Shown here piece after piece: positions 42,331-51,071 of a stretch of DNA of 64,000 nt; the first letter of the stretch is position 1; every line of letters starts with the position of its first letter. The stretch is taken from NCBI GenBank assembly GCA_947178105.1, contig CAMWXD010000019.1, positions 216 to 64,215 of the forward strand, read 5' to 3'. The position numbers and the translations under genes are program-made. The notes under the pieces were generated by a model that saw nothing but the letters and a program-made list of their open reading frames with translations, made no database searches and was not told the origin of the DNA. Source of the DNA: an uncultured Eubacterium sp. (GTDB lineage Bacteria; Bacillota; Clostridia; Lachnospirales; Lachnospiraceae).

Positions 42331-43764
42331 ATGGGTGAATTTGAAGATAAGAAATTAAGTACTGCGGAAACAGAGGTTCCAAAAAAAAGGGATTACGAGA
42401 AAGAATTAATTGCGATTATCAAGAGCGGGGAACCGCCGCAGGCAATCCGTAAGAAGCTGGAGGATTACCATGAAAACGATATCGCGTCGGTTTGGGAAGA
42501 GCTGACGAAAGAGGAGCGCATCAAAGTCTACCGGCTGCTTGGAAACGATACGGTATCAGAGATTTTTACGTATCTGGGAGATGACGTCAGCCGTTACCTG
42601 GAAGAGCTGGGCATGGAAAATGCTGCGGATATTCTGGAGTCGATGGATGCGGACGACGCGGTGGATATCCTGGATGAAATGGAAGATGAAAAATCCGACC
42701 AGTTTATCCGGCTGATGGACGAAGAATCCAGGCATGATATCGGTTTGATCCAGTCTTATGAAGACGATGAGATCGGCAGCAAGATGACGACCAATTTTAT
42801 TGTGATTGAGCGGGGGCTGACGATACCAGGAGCGATGAAGGAGCTGGTGAAGCAGGCGGCGGATAATGACAATATTTCAACTATCTATGTAGTCGATCAA
42901 AACGAATGCTTCTGCGGGGCGGTCGATTTAAAAGACCTGATTATCGCGCGCAAATATATGGCTCTGGAAGAGCTGATTACAACGTCGTTTCCTTATGTAT
43001 ATGCGAAAGAAACGATTGACGAATGTATCGAGGAATTAAAGGATTACTCCGAAGATTCGATCCCGGTGCTGGATTATGACAAAAAAATACTGGGTGTGAT
43101 TACGGCGCAGGATATCGTGGAGGTCGTAGACGAAGAGATGGGCGAGGATTATGCGAGGCTCGCCGGGCTGACAGCGGAGGAGGATCTGAACGAGCCACTG
43201 CTTGAAAGCATGAAGAAGCGGATACCGTGGCTTGCGGTGCTGCTTGTGCTCGGACTGGTTGTTTCTGCGGTAGTCGGCGTATTTGAGCAGGTCGTATCCC
43301 AGCTCACTCTTGTGGTCAGCTTCCAGTCGCTGATTCTTGGCATGGCGGGAAATGCAGGCACGCAGTCTTTGGCTGTTACGATCCGTGTGCTGATGGATGA
43401 AAACCTGACCGGAGGGCAGAAGCTGCGCCTGATGTTCAAAGAGATGCGGGTTGGATTGGTCAACGGCTTTTTACTCGGCGTACTTTCCCTGATTTTTATT
43501 GGATTTTATATCGAGCTGGCAAAAGGCAGAGGGTTTGGCTTCAGCTTTGCGGTCAGCGCGTGCATTGGGTTTTCCCTAATGATTGCGATGCTGATTTCAA
43601 GCATTATGGGAACCGTAATCCCGATGCTGTTCCATAAAATCAAAGTAGACCCTGCAGTAGCTTCCGGGCCGCTCATTACAACCGTCAATGACCTGGTTGC
43701 AGTCGTGACCTATTACGGGCTGGCATGGATCCTGCTGATCAACGTGCTGCGGCTTGCCGGGTAA
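42331..43764 (+). CDS. mgtE: Magnesium transporter MgtE
   Basis: Acidic N-domain, CBS pair, GNAGTQSL, DPAVASGPLITTVND. Confidence 0.93.
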   Translation: MGEFEDKKLSTAETEVPKKRDYEKELIAIIKSGEPPQAIRKKLEDYHENDIASVWEELTKEERIKVYRLLGNDTVSEIFTYLGDDVSRYLEELGMENAADILESMDADDAVDILDEMEDEKSDQFIRLMDEESRHDIGLIQSYEDDEIGSKMTTNFIVIERGLTIPGAMKELVKQAADNDNISTIYVVDQNECFCGAVDLKDLIIARKYMALEELITTSFPYVYAKETIDECIEELKDYSEDSIPVLDYDKKILGVITAQDIVEVVDEEMGEDYARLAGLTAEEDLNEPLLESMKKRIPWLAVLLVLGLVVSAVVGVFEQVVSQLTLVVSFQSLILGMAGNAGTQSLAVTIRVLMDENLTGGQKLRLMFKEMRVGLVNGFLLGVLSLIFIGFYIELAKGRGFGFSFAVSACIGFSLMIAMLISSIMGTVIPMLFHKIKVDPAVASGPLITTVNDLVAVVTYYGLAWILLINVLRLAG

Positions 43765-43826
43765 GGCGCTGGAGTGGGTGTGAAACAACGCCGAATGGCA
43801 GAAGAAGGATAAGGAAAAAGAAGAAA

Positions 43827-44591
43827 ATGGAATTAACAAGGCAGCAAAAAGAACGGTATGCGCGCCATCTGACGATGGATCAGATCGGGATTGCCGGACA
43901 GGAAAGGCTGCTTCATGCAAAGGTATGCATCATTGGAGCCGGAGGGCTTGGCTCTCCGGCAGCGCTGTATCTGGCGGCGGCTGGTGTCGGTACGATCGGG
44001 ATTGCGGATGCGGACGACGTGGAGCTGTCAAATTTACAGCGGCAGATCCTGCATGGAGATGCTGATTTGGGCGTAAAAAAGGTGTTGTCTACAAAGGAAA
44101 CGCTGGAACGCGTAAATCCAGGGCTGAAGGTTTTGACATATCCGGTGTATGTAAATGCGGAAAATATTGCAGATATAATTCAGAATTATGATTTTGTAGT
44201 GGATGCGGCAGATAATTTTCCAACCAAATTTTTAATAAACGATGCCTGTGTGCAGGCGGAAAAACCGTTTGTACATGCAGGGGTGATCCGTTTCCAGGGG
44301 CAGCTTATGACCTATGTGCCAGGACAGGGGCCATGTTATCGCTGTATTTTTAAAGGCATTCCTCCGCAGGGAGCGGTGCCGTCGGCAAAGCAGGCGGGCA
44401 TCCTTGGGGCAGTGTGCGGCGTAGTAGGCAGCCTGGAGGCGATGGAGGCTATAAAATATATTCTGGGCGCCGGAGAGCTGCTGACTGGAAGAATGCTTGT
44501 GTATGATGGGCTGCGGGCGCAGTTTCGTACAGTAAAGCTGCCGTCGCGGGTAGAAGATTGTGCGGTGTGCGGCGGGAAAAAGGAATTGTAG
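43827..44591 (+). CDS. ThiF/MoeB/HesA family adenylyltransferase
   Basis: ERYARHL, GAGGLGS, SNLQRQ, DN, PCYRC, terminal CAVC. Confidence 0.9.
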   Translation: MELTRQQKERYARHLTMDQIGIAGQERLLHAKVCIIGAGGLGSPAALYLAAAGVGTIGIADADDVELSNLQRQILHGDADLGVKKVLSTKETLERVNPGLKVLTYPVYVNAENIADIIQNYDFVVDAADNFPTKFLINDACVQAEKPFVHAGVIRFQGQLMTYVPGQGPCYRCIFKGIPPQGAVPSAKQAGILGAVCGVVGSLEAMEAIKYILGAGELLTGRMLVYDGLRAQFRTVKLPSRVEDCAVCGGKKEL

Positions 44592-44665
44592 ATTGCTTAA
44601 GGATGATGAAGGATGTACTGGTTTTAAGGAGGATGATGTGTTTGTCAGGCAGACAAGAAGAAAAA

Positions 44666-45679
44666 ATGTATGGTGAGTTAAAAGAATCAGAGTTGACATA
44701 CGATCAGAAGTTTAAACAGTTGTTTCAAAATAAAAAGTTTCTTGTACCGATCTTAAAAAATATAGTAAAAGAATATGAGGAGCTGCCATTAGCTGAGATC
44801 GAAAGCTTGATTGTTTCTGTCAAAGGAAATGAAGAAGTAGCTGCTGTGATTGGGGCGGAGGATGTTGGCAAAGGACAGGAAGTAAAAACCTTTTACGATG
44901 TACTGGTGGGATGCCGCCTGCCTGATTCTGAACAATTGATTGTTGTAGACCTGTATTTTGATTTGGAGATGCAGAGGGAGAAAAATACCAAATATCCAGT
45001 GTCAAAACGTGGAATTTATTATTGCAGCCGGATGCTCAGCCGTCAGCTTACCAATTTGGATCATGCAGATTACGGTGCTTTAAAGCCAGTCTATTCCGTG
45101 TGGATTATCATTAACCATATTCCAGAAGCCCTGCGCTATTCCAGATATGAAGTGGTTTTGGCAGGTACGAGCAGCCTGAAAGAGGAATCTGAAAATTATA
45201 GCCGTGTGCAAAAAGAAAGGTTTGACCGGGAAGTGAAAAATCTGGACAGTCAGATTGATTTGATTCATATGTGCCTGGTCTTTTTAGCAGAAGATTTTTC
45301 TGATCTGGGTAAAGCAGGCGATACGTTAATCCGGTATATGCAATCTGTATTTGTAAAGCAGGTTTCGAATCCAGTGTATAATCCATATGCGGATTATTCC
45401 AAAAGTGTGCAAAAGGAGGCAGAAGAAGTTATGACGATTGCGGGAATGTTTGAAGCGCGTGGCGAAGCGCGTGGCGAAGCGCGTGGCGAAGCGCGTGGTG
45501 AAGCGCGTGGCGAAGCACGTGGCGTAGTAAAAGGCGAAGCACAGGGAATCATAAAGGGAATCATTAAAAGCGGCAGGCGGCATTCCCTGAGTGACGATGT
45601 GATCCTTGAGGATCTTGTATCACAGGCTGGTTGCAGTATGCAGGAAGCGGAAAAGTTTCTGCGGGAGTTTGGCCAGTGA
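44666..45679 (+). CDS. Rpn-family PD-(D/E)XK nuclease / putative transposase with (GEAR)n C-terminal repeats
   Basis: YDQKFKQLF, YD...DLEMQ, RGIYYCSRMLSRQ, VYSVWI; start could be up to 30 nt earlier. Confidence 0.8.
   Translation: MYGELKESELTYDQKFKQLFQNKKFLVPILKNIVKEYEELPLAEIESLIVSVKGNEEVAAVIGAEDVGKGQEVKTFYDVLVGCRLPDSEQLIVVDLYFDLEMQREKNTKYPVSKRGIYYCSRMLSRQLTNLDHADYGALKPVYSVWIIINHIPEALRYSRYEVVLAGTSSLKEESENYSRVQKERFDREVKNLDSQIDLIHMCLVFLAEDFSDLGKAGDTLIRYMQSVFVKQVSNPVYNPYADYSKSVQKEAEEVMTIAGMFEARGEARGEARGEARGEARGEARGVVKGEAQGIIKGIIKSGRRHSLSDDVILEDLVSQAGCSMQEAEKFLREFGQ
45452..45545. repeat. 12-bp coding tandem repeat encoding EARG units
   Basis: gaagcgcgtggc x about 6 followed by degenerate copies. 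Confidence 0.9.
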
Positions 45680-45681
45680 CG

Positions 45682-46599
45682 ATGGAAGAGGGGCTTTTTT
45701 TAGCATCAGCAGCGCTGCTTTTGGCGACAGGCATTTTGGCGTGGGTTACGCGCAGCCGTACACGCAGGATTATGGAGCATATGAACGCGATGCTGGAAGC
45801 GGCGGCGGACGGCAGCTTCCAGGAGGAGGTGTATGATGAGAGTATGCTTTCTGCCGTAGAGACGAAGCTGGCGCACTACCTGTCGGCATCGGAGGTGTCC
45901 GCAAAAAAAATGACCGAAGAAAAGGAAAAGGTCAAGCAGTTGATCGCGGATATTTCCCACCAGACAAAGACGCCGATTGCGAATTTGCTGCTGTATGCGC
46001 AGATGCTGGAGGAAAAAGAGCTGCCTGAGCAAGAGCGGGCATTTGTGCAGGAGCTAAACCGCCAAGCGGCAAAGCTGGATTTTTTAATTGTCTCGCTTGT
46101 GAAGGCGTCTCGGCTGGAGACGGGGATGTTTGTGCTGCATCCGAAATGGAACTTTGTTGCGCCGATGCTGGAGGAGGTATTAAGCCAGATTGCAGCAAAG
46201 GCGGAAAGTAAAGGGCAGTCAGTCGAGTTTGAGGAAGATGGCTGCCATGCATTTTTTGACCGCAAATGGACGACGGAGGCGATTTACAATATTATAGACA
46301 ATGCGGTAAAATATACGCCGGACGGCGGGACAATTAAAATCTCGGTGACGGATACAGAACTGTTTGTACGGATTGAGATTACGGATACAGGCATTGGCAT
46401 CCCAGAAGCAGATACGCCAAAGATTTTTAAACGGTTTTACCGTGGTACCTGTGTGAGCGGAGAGGAAGGCATTGGGATCGGCCTGTATCTTGCCAGGCAG
46501 ATTATTACAGGAGAAAACGGATATATCAAAGTGAAGTCTGCATCAGGAGAAGGGAGTACTTTTTTTGTCTATCTTCCTGCCAGGGATACACGGGATTGA
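45682..46599 (+). CDS. Sensor histidine kinase, single N-terminal TM (intramembrane-sensing type)
   Basis: DISHQTKTP H-box, NIIDNAVKY, DTGIGI, GIGLY. Confidence 0.92.
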   Translation: MEEGLFLASAALLLATGILAWVTRSRTRRIMEHMNAMLEAAADGSFQEEVYDESMLSAVETKLAHYLSASEVSAKKMTEEKEKVKQLIADISHQTKTPIANLLLYAQMLEEKELPEQERAFVQELNRQAAKLDFLIVSLVKASRLETGMFVLHPKWNFVAPMLEEVLSQIAAKAESKGQSVEFEEDGCHAFFDRKWTTEAIYNIIDNAVKYTPDGGTIKISVTDTELFVRIEITDTGIGIPEADTPKIFKRFYRGTCVSGEEGIGIGLYLARQIITGENGYIKVKSASGEGSTFFVYLPARDTRD

Positions 46600-46643
46600 T
46601 GCAGCAGGTGTATTATTTGAGTAGGGAAAAGAGGATTTGGCGG

Positions 46644-47333
46644 ATGAATACAATCATTGTGGTAGAAGATGATGAGGCGCTTTGCAGAGGCATCTGCATT
46701 GCATTAAAATCAGAAGGGATTTCTTTCCTGCCCTGCGGCACGTTGAAAAAAGCAAGGGATATTTTTTATCAGGGAGGCTGCGGCATGGTTATTTTGGACA
46801 TCAACCTGCCGGATGGAAACGGCATGGAGTTTTTAAAAGAAATCCGTGCCGTTTCGTCTGTCCCGGTTATTGTCCTGACAGCAAACGATATGGAGACGGA
46901 TATCGTTGCAGGGCTGGAGCTGGGAGCGGATGATTATGTGACAAAGCCATTTAGCCTGGCGGTGCTGCGGGCAAGGGTACATACGCAGCTTCGCAGGCTG
47001 AAAATGGAAAAACAGGAGGCGAGAAAGAAAGAGATAGTCCGGCTTGGAGCATTTACGTTTGATTTTTCAGAAATGAAATTTTATAAACACGACGCGGAGC
47101 TAGAGCTAAGTAAAACAGAGCAGAAGCTGCTAAAAATACTTGTCTCTCATCCAGGCGTGACGATTGAACGCGCTGCGCTCGTAGACCGGATCTGGACAGA
47201 CGGCGCGGAGTATGTCGATGAAAATGCGCTTTCAGTGACGGTGCGCCGCCTGCGGGGAAAGCTGGAGGATGACCCGTCGAAACCGCAGTATATAAGAACA
47301 GTATATGGGATTGGGTATGTGTGGAATGTATAG
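46644..47333 (+). CDS. OmpR-family response regulator
   Basis: VVEDD, LDINLPDG, GADDYVTKPF, IRTVYGIGY. Confidence 0.93.
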   Translation: MNTIIVVEDDEALCRGICIALKSEGISFLPCGTLKKARDIFYQGGCGMVILDINLPDGNGMEFLKEIRAVSSVPVIVLTANDMETDIVAGLELGADDYVTKPFSLAVLRARVHTQLRRLKMEKQEARKKEIVRLGAFTFDFSEMKFYKHDAELELSKTEQKLLKILVSHPGVTIERAALVDRIWTDGAEYVDENALSVTVRRLRGKLEDDPSKPQYIRTVYGIGYVWNV

Positions 47334-47501
47334 GGCAATCTTAAAATCTTGCAAAACCGTTAGATTTTAGTATCTGGCGGAAAGAATGTGGAAAGATTTG
47401 TATGCTAAAGTCTGTATGAAAGGATATCAGGAAAGAAGATCAGGAAAAAGATCAAAAAAAGAAAGTGTATGAAACAAGAATACAGACAGGAGGGCATCAA
47501 C

Positions 47502-48179
47502 ATGGCAATTTTAGAAACAAGAAAGCTCAAAAAAGTATACGGTACAGGGAATACCGCAGTCCATGCGCTGCGCGAGGTCAGCCTTACCGTGGAAAAAGGC
47601 GAGTTTGCCGCAATCGTAGGGACATCCGGCAGCGGCAAATCCACGCTGCTGCATATGTTAGGCGGGCTTGACCGGCCGACGGCAGGGCAAGTCACCGTAG
47701 ACGGCAAATCTATTTTTTCTTTGAAGGATGAGGAACTGACGATTTTCAGGCGCAGGAAGATCGGCTTTATTTTCCAGAGCTATAATTTAGTCCCAGTACT
47801 GAATGTTTATGATAATATTGTACTTCCGATCCAGTTGGACGGAAATGAGCCAAATGAACAATATATCAGCCTGATTATCCGCGCGCTGGGCATTGAGAGC
47901 AAGCTGGATGAACTGCCGAACAACTTATCCGGCGGGCAGCAGCAGCGGGTGGCGATTGCGCGTGCGCTTGCAACGAAGCCGGCGATAATCCTGGCTGACG
48001 AGCCGACCGGAAACCTCGACAGCCGTACCAGCCAGGACGTGATGGGGCTTTTAAAGGTTACGAGCCAAAAGCTTGGGCAGACAATTGTGATGATTACGCA
48101 TAACGAGGAAATCGCGCAGCTTGCCGACCGCATCATCCGTATTGAGGATGGCAGCATTGCAGGAGGTGGCAAGGCATGA
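47502..48179 (+). CDS. ABC exporter ATP-binding subunit (LolD/MacB-like)
   Basis: GTSGSGKS, LSGGQQQRVAIARAL, ADEPTGNLD. Confidence 0.93.
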   Translation: MAILETRKLKKVYGTGNTAVHALREVSLTVEKGEFAAIVGTSGSGKSTLLHMLGGLDRPTAGQVTVDGKSIFSLKDEELTIFRRRKIGFIFQSYNLVPVLNVYDNIVLPIQLDGNEPNEQYISLIIRALGIESKLDELPNNLSGGQQQRVAIARALATKPAIILADEPTGNLDSRTSQDVMGLLKVTSQKLGQTIVMITHNEEIAQLADRIIRIEDGSIAGGGKA

Positions 48180-50863
48180 TAAGGGTAAAAAATCAAAAGG
48201 CAGTCAGGAAGCTTTCAAAAGAAAGCCTGCGCGCAAACCGTGTCCGTAATCTGGTCGCAGTTTTTGCGATTGCGCTTACGACAATGATGTTTATGTCGCT
48301 TTTTACGATTGCAGGGACGATGCAGCATACGTTCCAGCAGGAGACGTTTCGCCAGGTCGGGGGCACCGGGCATGGTTCCTTTAAAGACCTGACGCTTGAG
48401 AAAAAGGAGATTTTGGAGAAAGACCCAATGATAAAAGAACCCGGCGGGCGCCTGTTTCTTGGCATAGCAAGCGGAGAATCATTCAGAAAGACGCAAGCGG
48501 AGCTGTCGTATATGGAGCCTGCCTATGCGAAAAGGTGTTTTTGCCAGCCGGAACAGGGAAGGCTGCCAGAGGAGGGCACAAAGGAGATCGCCTGTGATAC
48601 GAGGGTCTTAAGCTGTATAGGCGTAAAGCCTGAAATCGGTGCTGAGGTGACGCTGACGTACGAGATCGGCATGACAAAGAAAACGGAACTTACCGATACC
48701 TTTTTACTGAGCGGCTGGTGGGAATACGATTCGGCGTCTCCGACAAGTATGGCAGTCCTGCCGAGATCCTATGTTGAGGAGATTGTAAACAAATATCCAA
48801 GGATGGAAGAGGATGAGAGCGATCCTACCGGGCTTTGGGTGCTGGATGTGATGCTGGACAGCAGCCTGCATATTGAAGAGGATCTGGAACAGGTCTTAAA
48901 AAACAATGGATTCCAGTCGAAAGAACGCGGGAAGGACAGTTATATCAACATCGGGGTGAACTGGGCGTATGCAGGCGCACAGCTTGCAGCAAATGCGGAT
49001 TCGGAAACGATCATACAGATGGCGGGGCTGCTTTTGCTGATTATTTTTACCGGATACCTGATTATCTACAACATTTTTCAGATCTCGGTCAGCGGGGACA
49101 TCCGCTTTTACGGGCTGCTGAAAACAATCGGGACAACCGGAAAGCAGATTCGGCGCATGATTCGCACGCAGGCGCTGCTGTTATCCGCAGCCGGGATTCC
49201 GGTAGGGCTGCTTGTCGGGAGCCTGGCGGGCACGGTGCTTGCCCCAGTGGTTTTGCGGGTGTTAAATGTCAGTAACACAGATAAGATTATGAGCCCATGG
49301 TTTTTCCTTGCTGCCGCTGTCTTTTCACTTGTCACAGTTTTGGTTTCGTGTGCAAAGCCGGGCAGGATTGCGGCAAAAGTGTCCCCGGTGGAGGCTGTGC
49401 GCTATACCGATGCGGCGCCGGGCGGCAAAAAGCAGAAAAAGAAAAGAGGCAGGGCGAAAGGGAAGCCGCTTCGTATGGCGTGGGCAAACCTGGGCAGGAA
49501 CAAACGCAAAACCGTGCTGGTCGTAGCTTCCATGACGATGGCAGTTGTCCTGCTGCAATTCACGTATACGTTTGCCCATGGATTTGATATGGATAAATAT
49601 TTACGCCCATGGGTTGTTTCGGATTTTATTTTAGGGGATGCATCTTATTTTAAAGTGGGCGAACTTCCTTCGGTCTTTCAGCTTCCGTCCGTACCGGAGG
49701 AGGATATCAGCAGGCTGCGCCAGGGCGGGCAGATTACGGAAAGCGGCAGGATCTACGGGCACCGCTTTGGAATCAGCAGCTATGTGCCGGCAGAGGCGCT
49801 CCGCCAAAAGTACAGCGGCATGTATCGGATGCCGGAGGAAGAGATTGAGCAGATGCTGGAGTACAGGGAAACCGACGCTTTGGGAAATGTTTCTGACAGT
49901 GTGAGTATCTACGGCATGGAGGACTTTCCGTTAAGCCAGCTTGAGGTGCTGGAAGGAGGCCTGTCAGATCTGTATGATCAGGACAAACGTGCGGTTGCAG
50001 CGGTCTATGAAGTGGATGATTATGACGAGCCGATCGAAGGCTCCAACTTTGCAAAGATCGGGGATACGATAACGATACATTATGTCTATGAGATGGAATT
50101 TATTGACGACGAGACAGGGGAGCCAGTTTCGATGAAAGAGATCTTGGATGGATATAGACGTGGCTATACGATGGTGGAAAAAAAGGCGAAGGATCTTACG
50201 TATGAAGTAGTGGCTTGTGTGAAGGTAAAGCACGCGATGAGCTATCGTTATTTCGAGAACTTTACATTTGTCATGAATGCACAGGTGTTCCAGGCAGACA
50301 GCCATACCTCTGATATTATGACATATCTGTTTAATACAACGCAGGAAACAAACGCATCTATGCAGGCGTATCTGGAGGATTATACGAATACGGCAAATCC
50401 AGCCTTGGATTTTGAAAGCAAGCAGGTTTATGTACAGAATTTTGAACGGTTCCGCGGTACCTTCTTTTTCATGGGAAGCACCCTGAGCTTTGTCATCGGG
50501 CTGGTCGGCGTGCTGAATTTCTTTAACGCGGTGCTCACGTCGATTCATTCCAGAAGGCGGGAGTTTGCGATGCTCCAGTCCATCGGCATGACCGGAAAGC
50601 AGCTAAAGCAGATGCTGGCCTGCGAAGGGCTGATCTACGGGGCGGTGGCAGTTTTCGTATCGCTTATATGCAGTTTTCTTATGGCGCCTGTGTTGCATGG
50701 TGCGATGGGAAGTATTTTCTGGTTCTTTACGTACCGCTTTACGATCCTGCCGATCTTATTCGTGCTCCCGGTACTTGTGCTGCTTGGGATTTTGCTTCCG
50801 CTTTTAAGCTACCGCAGGGCGTCGAGGCTGACGATTGTAGAAAGGCTGCGCGAAGGGGAGTAA
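48176..50863 (+). CDS. FtsX-type ABC exporter permease (duplicated domain)
   Basis: Two FtsX repeats: FYGLLKTIGTT and RRREFAMLQSIGMT; large extracellular loops. Confidence 0.9.
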   Translation: MIRVKNQKAVRKLSKESLRANRVRNLVAVFAIALTTMMFMSLFTIAGTMQHTFQQETFRQVGGTGHGSFKDLTLEKKEILEKDPMIKEPGGRLFLGIASGESFRKTQAELSYMEPAYAKRCFCQPEQGRLPEEGTKEIACDTRVLSCIGVKPEIGAEVTLTYEIGMTKKTELTDTFLLSGWWEYDSASPTSMAVLPRSYVEEIVNKYPRMEEDESDPTGLWVLDVMLDSSLHIEEDLEQVLKNNGFQSKERGKDSYINIGVNWAYAGAQLAANADSETIIQMAGLLLLIIFTGYLIIYNIFQISVSGDIRFYGLLKTIGTTGKQIRRMIRTQALLLSAAGIPVGLLVGSLAGTVLAPVVLRVLNVSNTDKIMSPWFFLAAAVFSLVTVLVSCAKPGRIAAKVSPVEAVRYTDAAPGGKKQKKKRGRAKGKPLRMAWANLGRNKRKTVLVVASMTMAVVLLQFTYTFAHGFDMDKYLRPWVVSDFILGDASYFKVGELPSVFQLPSVPEEDISRLRQGGQITESGRIYGHRFGISSYVPAEALRQKYSGMYRMPEEEIEQMLEYRETDALGNVSDSVSIYGMEDFPLSQLEVLEGGLSDLYDQDKRAVAAVYEVDDYDEPIEGSNFAKIGDTITIHYVYEMEFIDDETGEPVSMKEILDGYRRGYTMVEKKAKDLTYEVVACVKVKHAMSYRYFENFTFVMNAQVFQADSHTSDIMTYLFNTTQETNASMQAYLEDYTNTANPALDFESKQVYVQNFERFRGTFFFMGSTLSFVIGLVGVLNFFNAVLTSIHSRRREFAMLQSIGMTGKQLKQMLACEGLIYGAVAVFVSLICSFLMAPVLHGAMGSIFWFFTYRFTILPILFVLPVLVLLGILLPLLSYRRASRLTIVERLREGE

Positions 50864-51071
50864 ATCCTGCAAATTTTGTCTGTTTCTGTCACATTGGTTT
50901 TGTTTTAAAATCCAGTTTACAAAGTGCGCCGCAGATGATAAAATAGCACGTAGATAAACGGCGAAAAATTTTTGGATTATCGTCGATAGTCTGTTCGGTG
51001 TTTATCTTTTCTTGGCAGAATATGAAAATACCAGGAGAAATACAGTGCAAACTGTGCGGAGGAAAAACCAT

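Noticed and set aside
20850-45545. 12-bp and 18-bp tandem repeats as CRISPR arrays
   Set aside because: No unique spacers, repeats are in-frame coding, no cas genes
43827-45679. ThiF/E1-like gene next to a nuclease as a CBASS/Bil-type ubiquitin-like defence system
   Set aside because: The protein looks like canonical MoeB/ThiF; no E2, JAB, ubiquitin-like or cyclase gene nearby, and GC differs from the rpn gene
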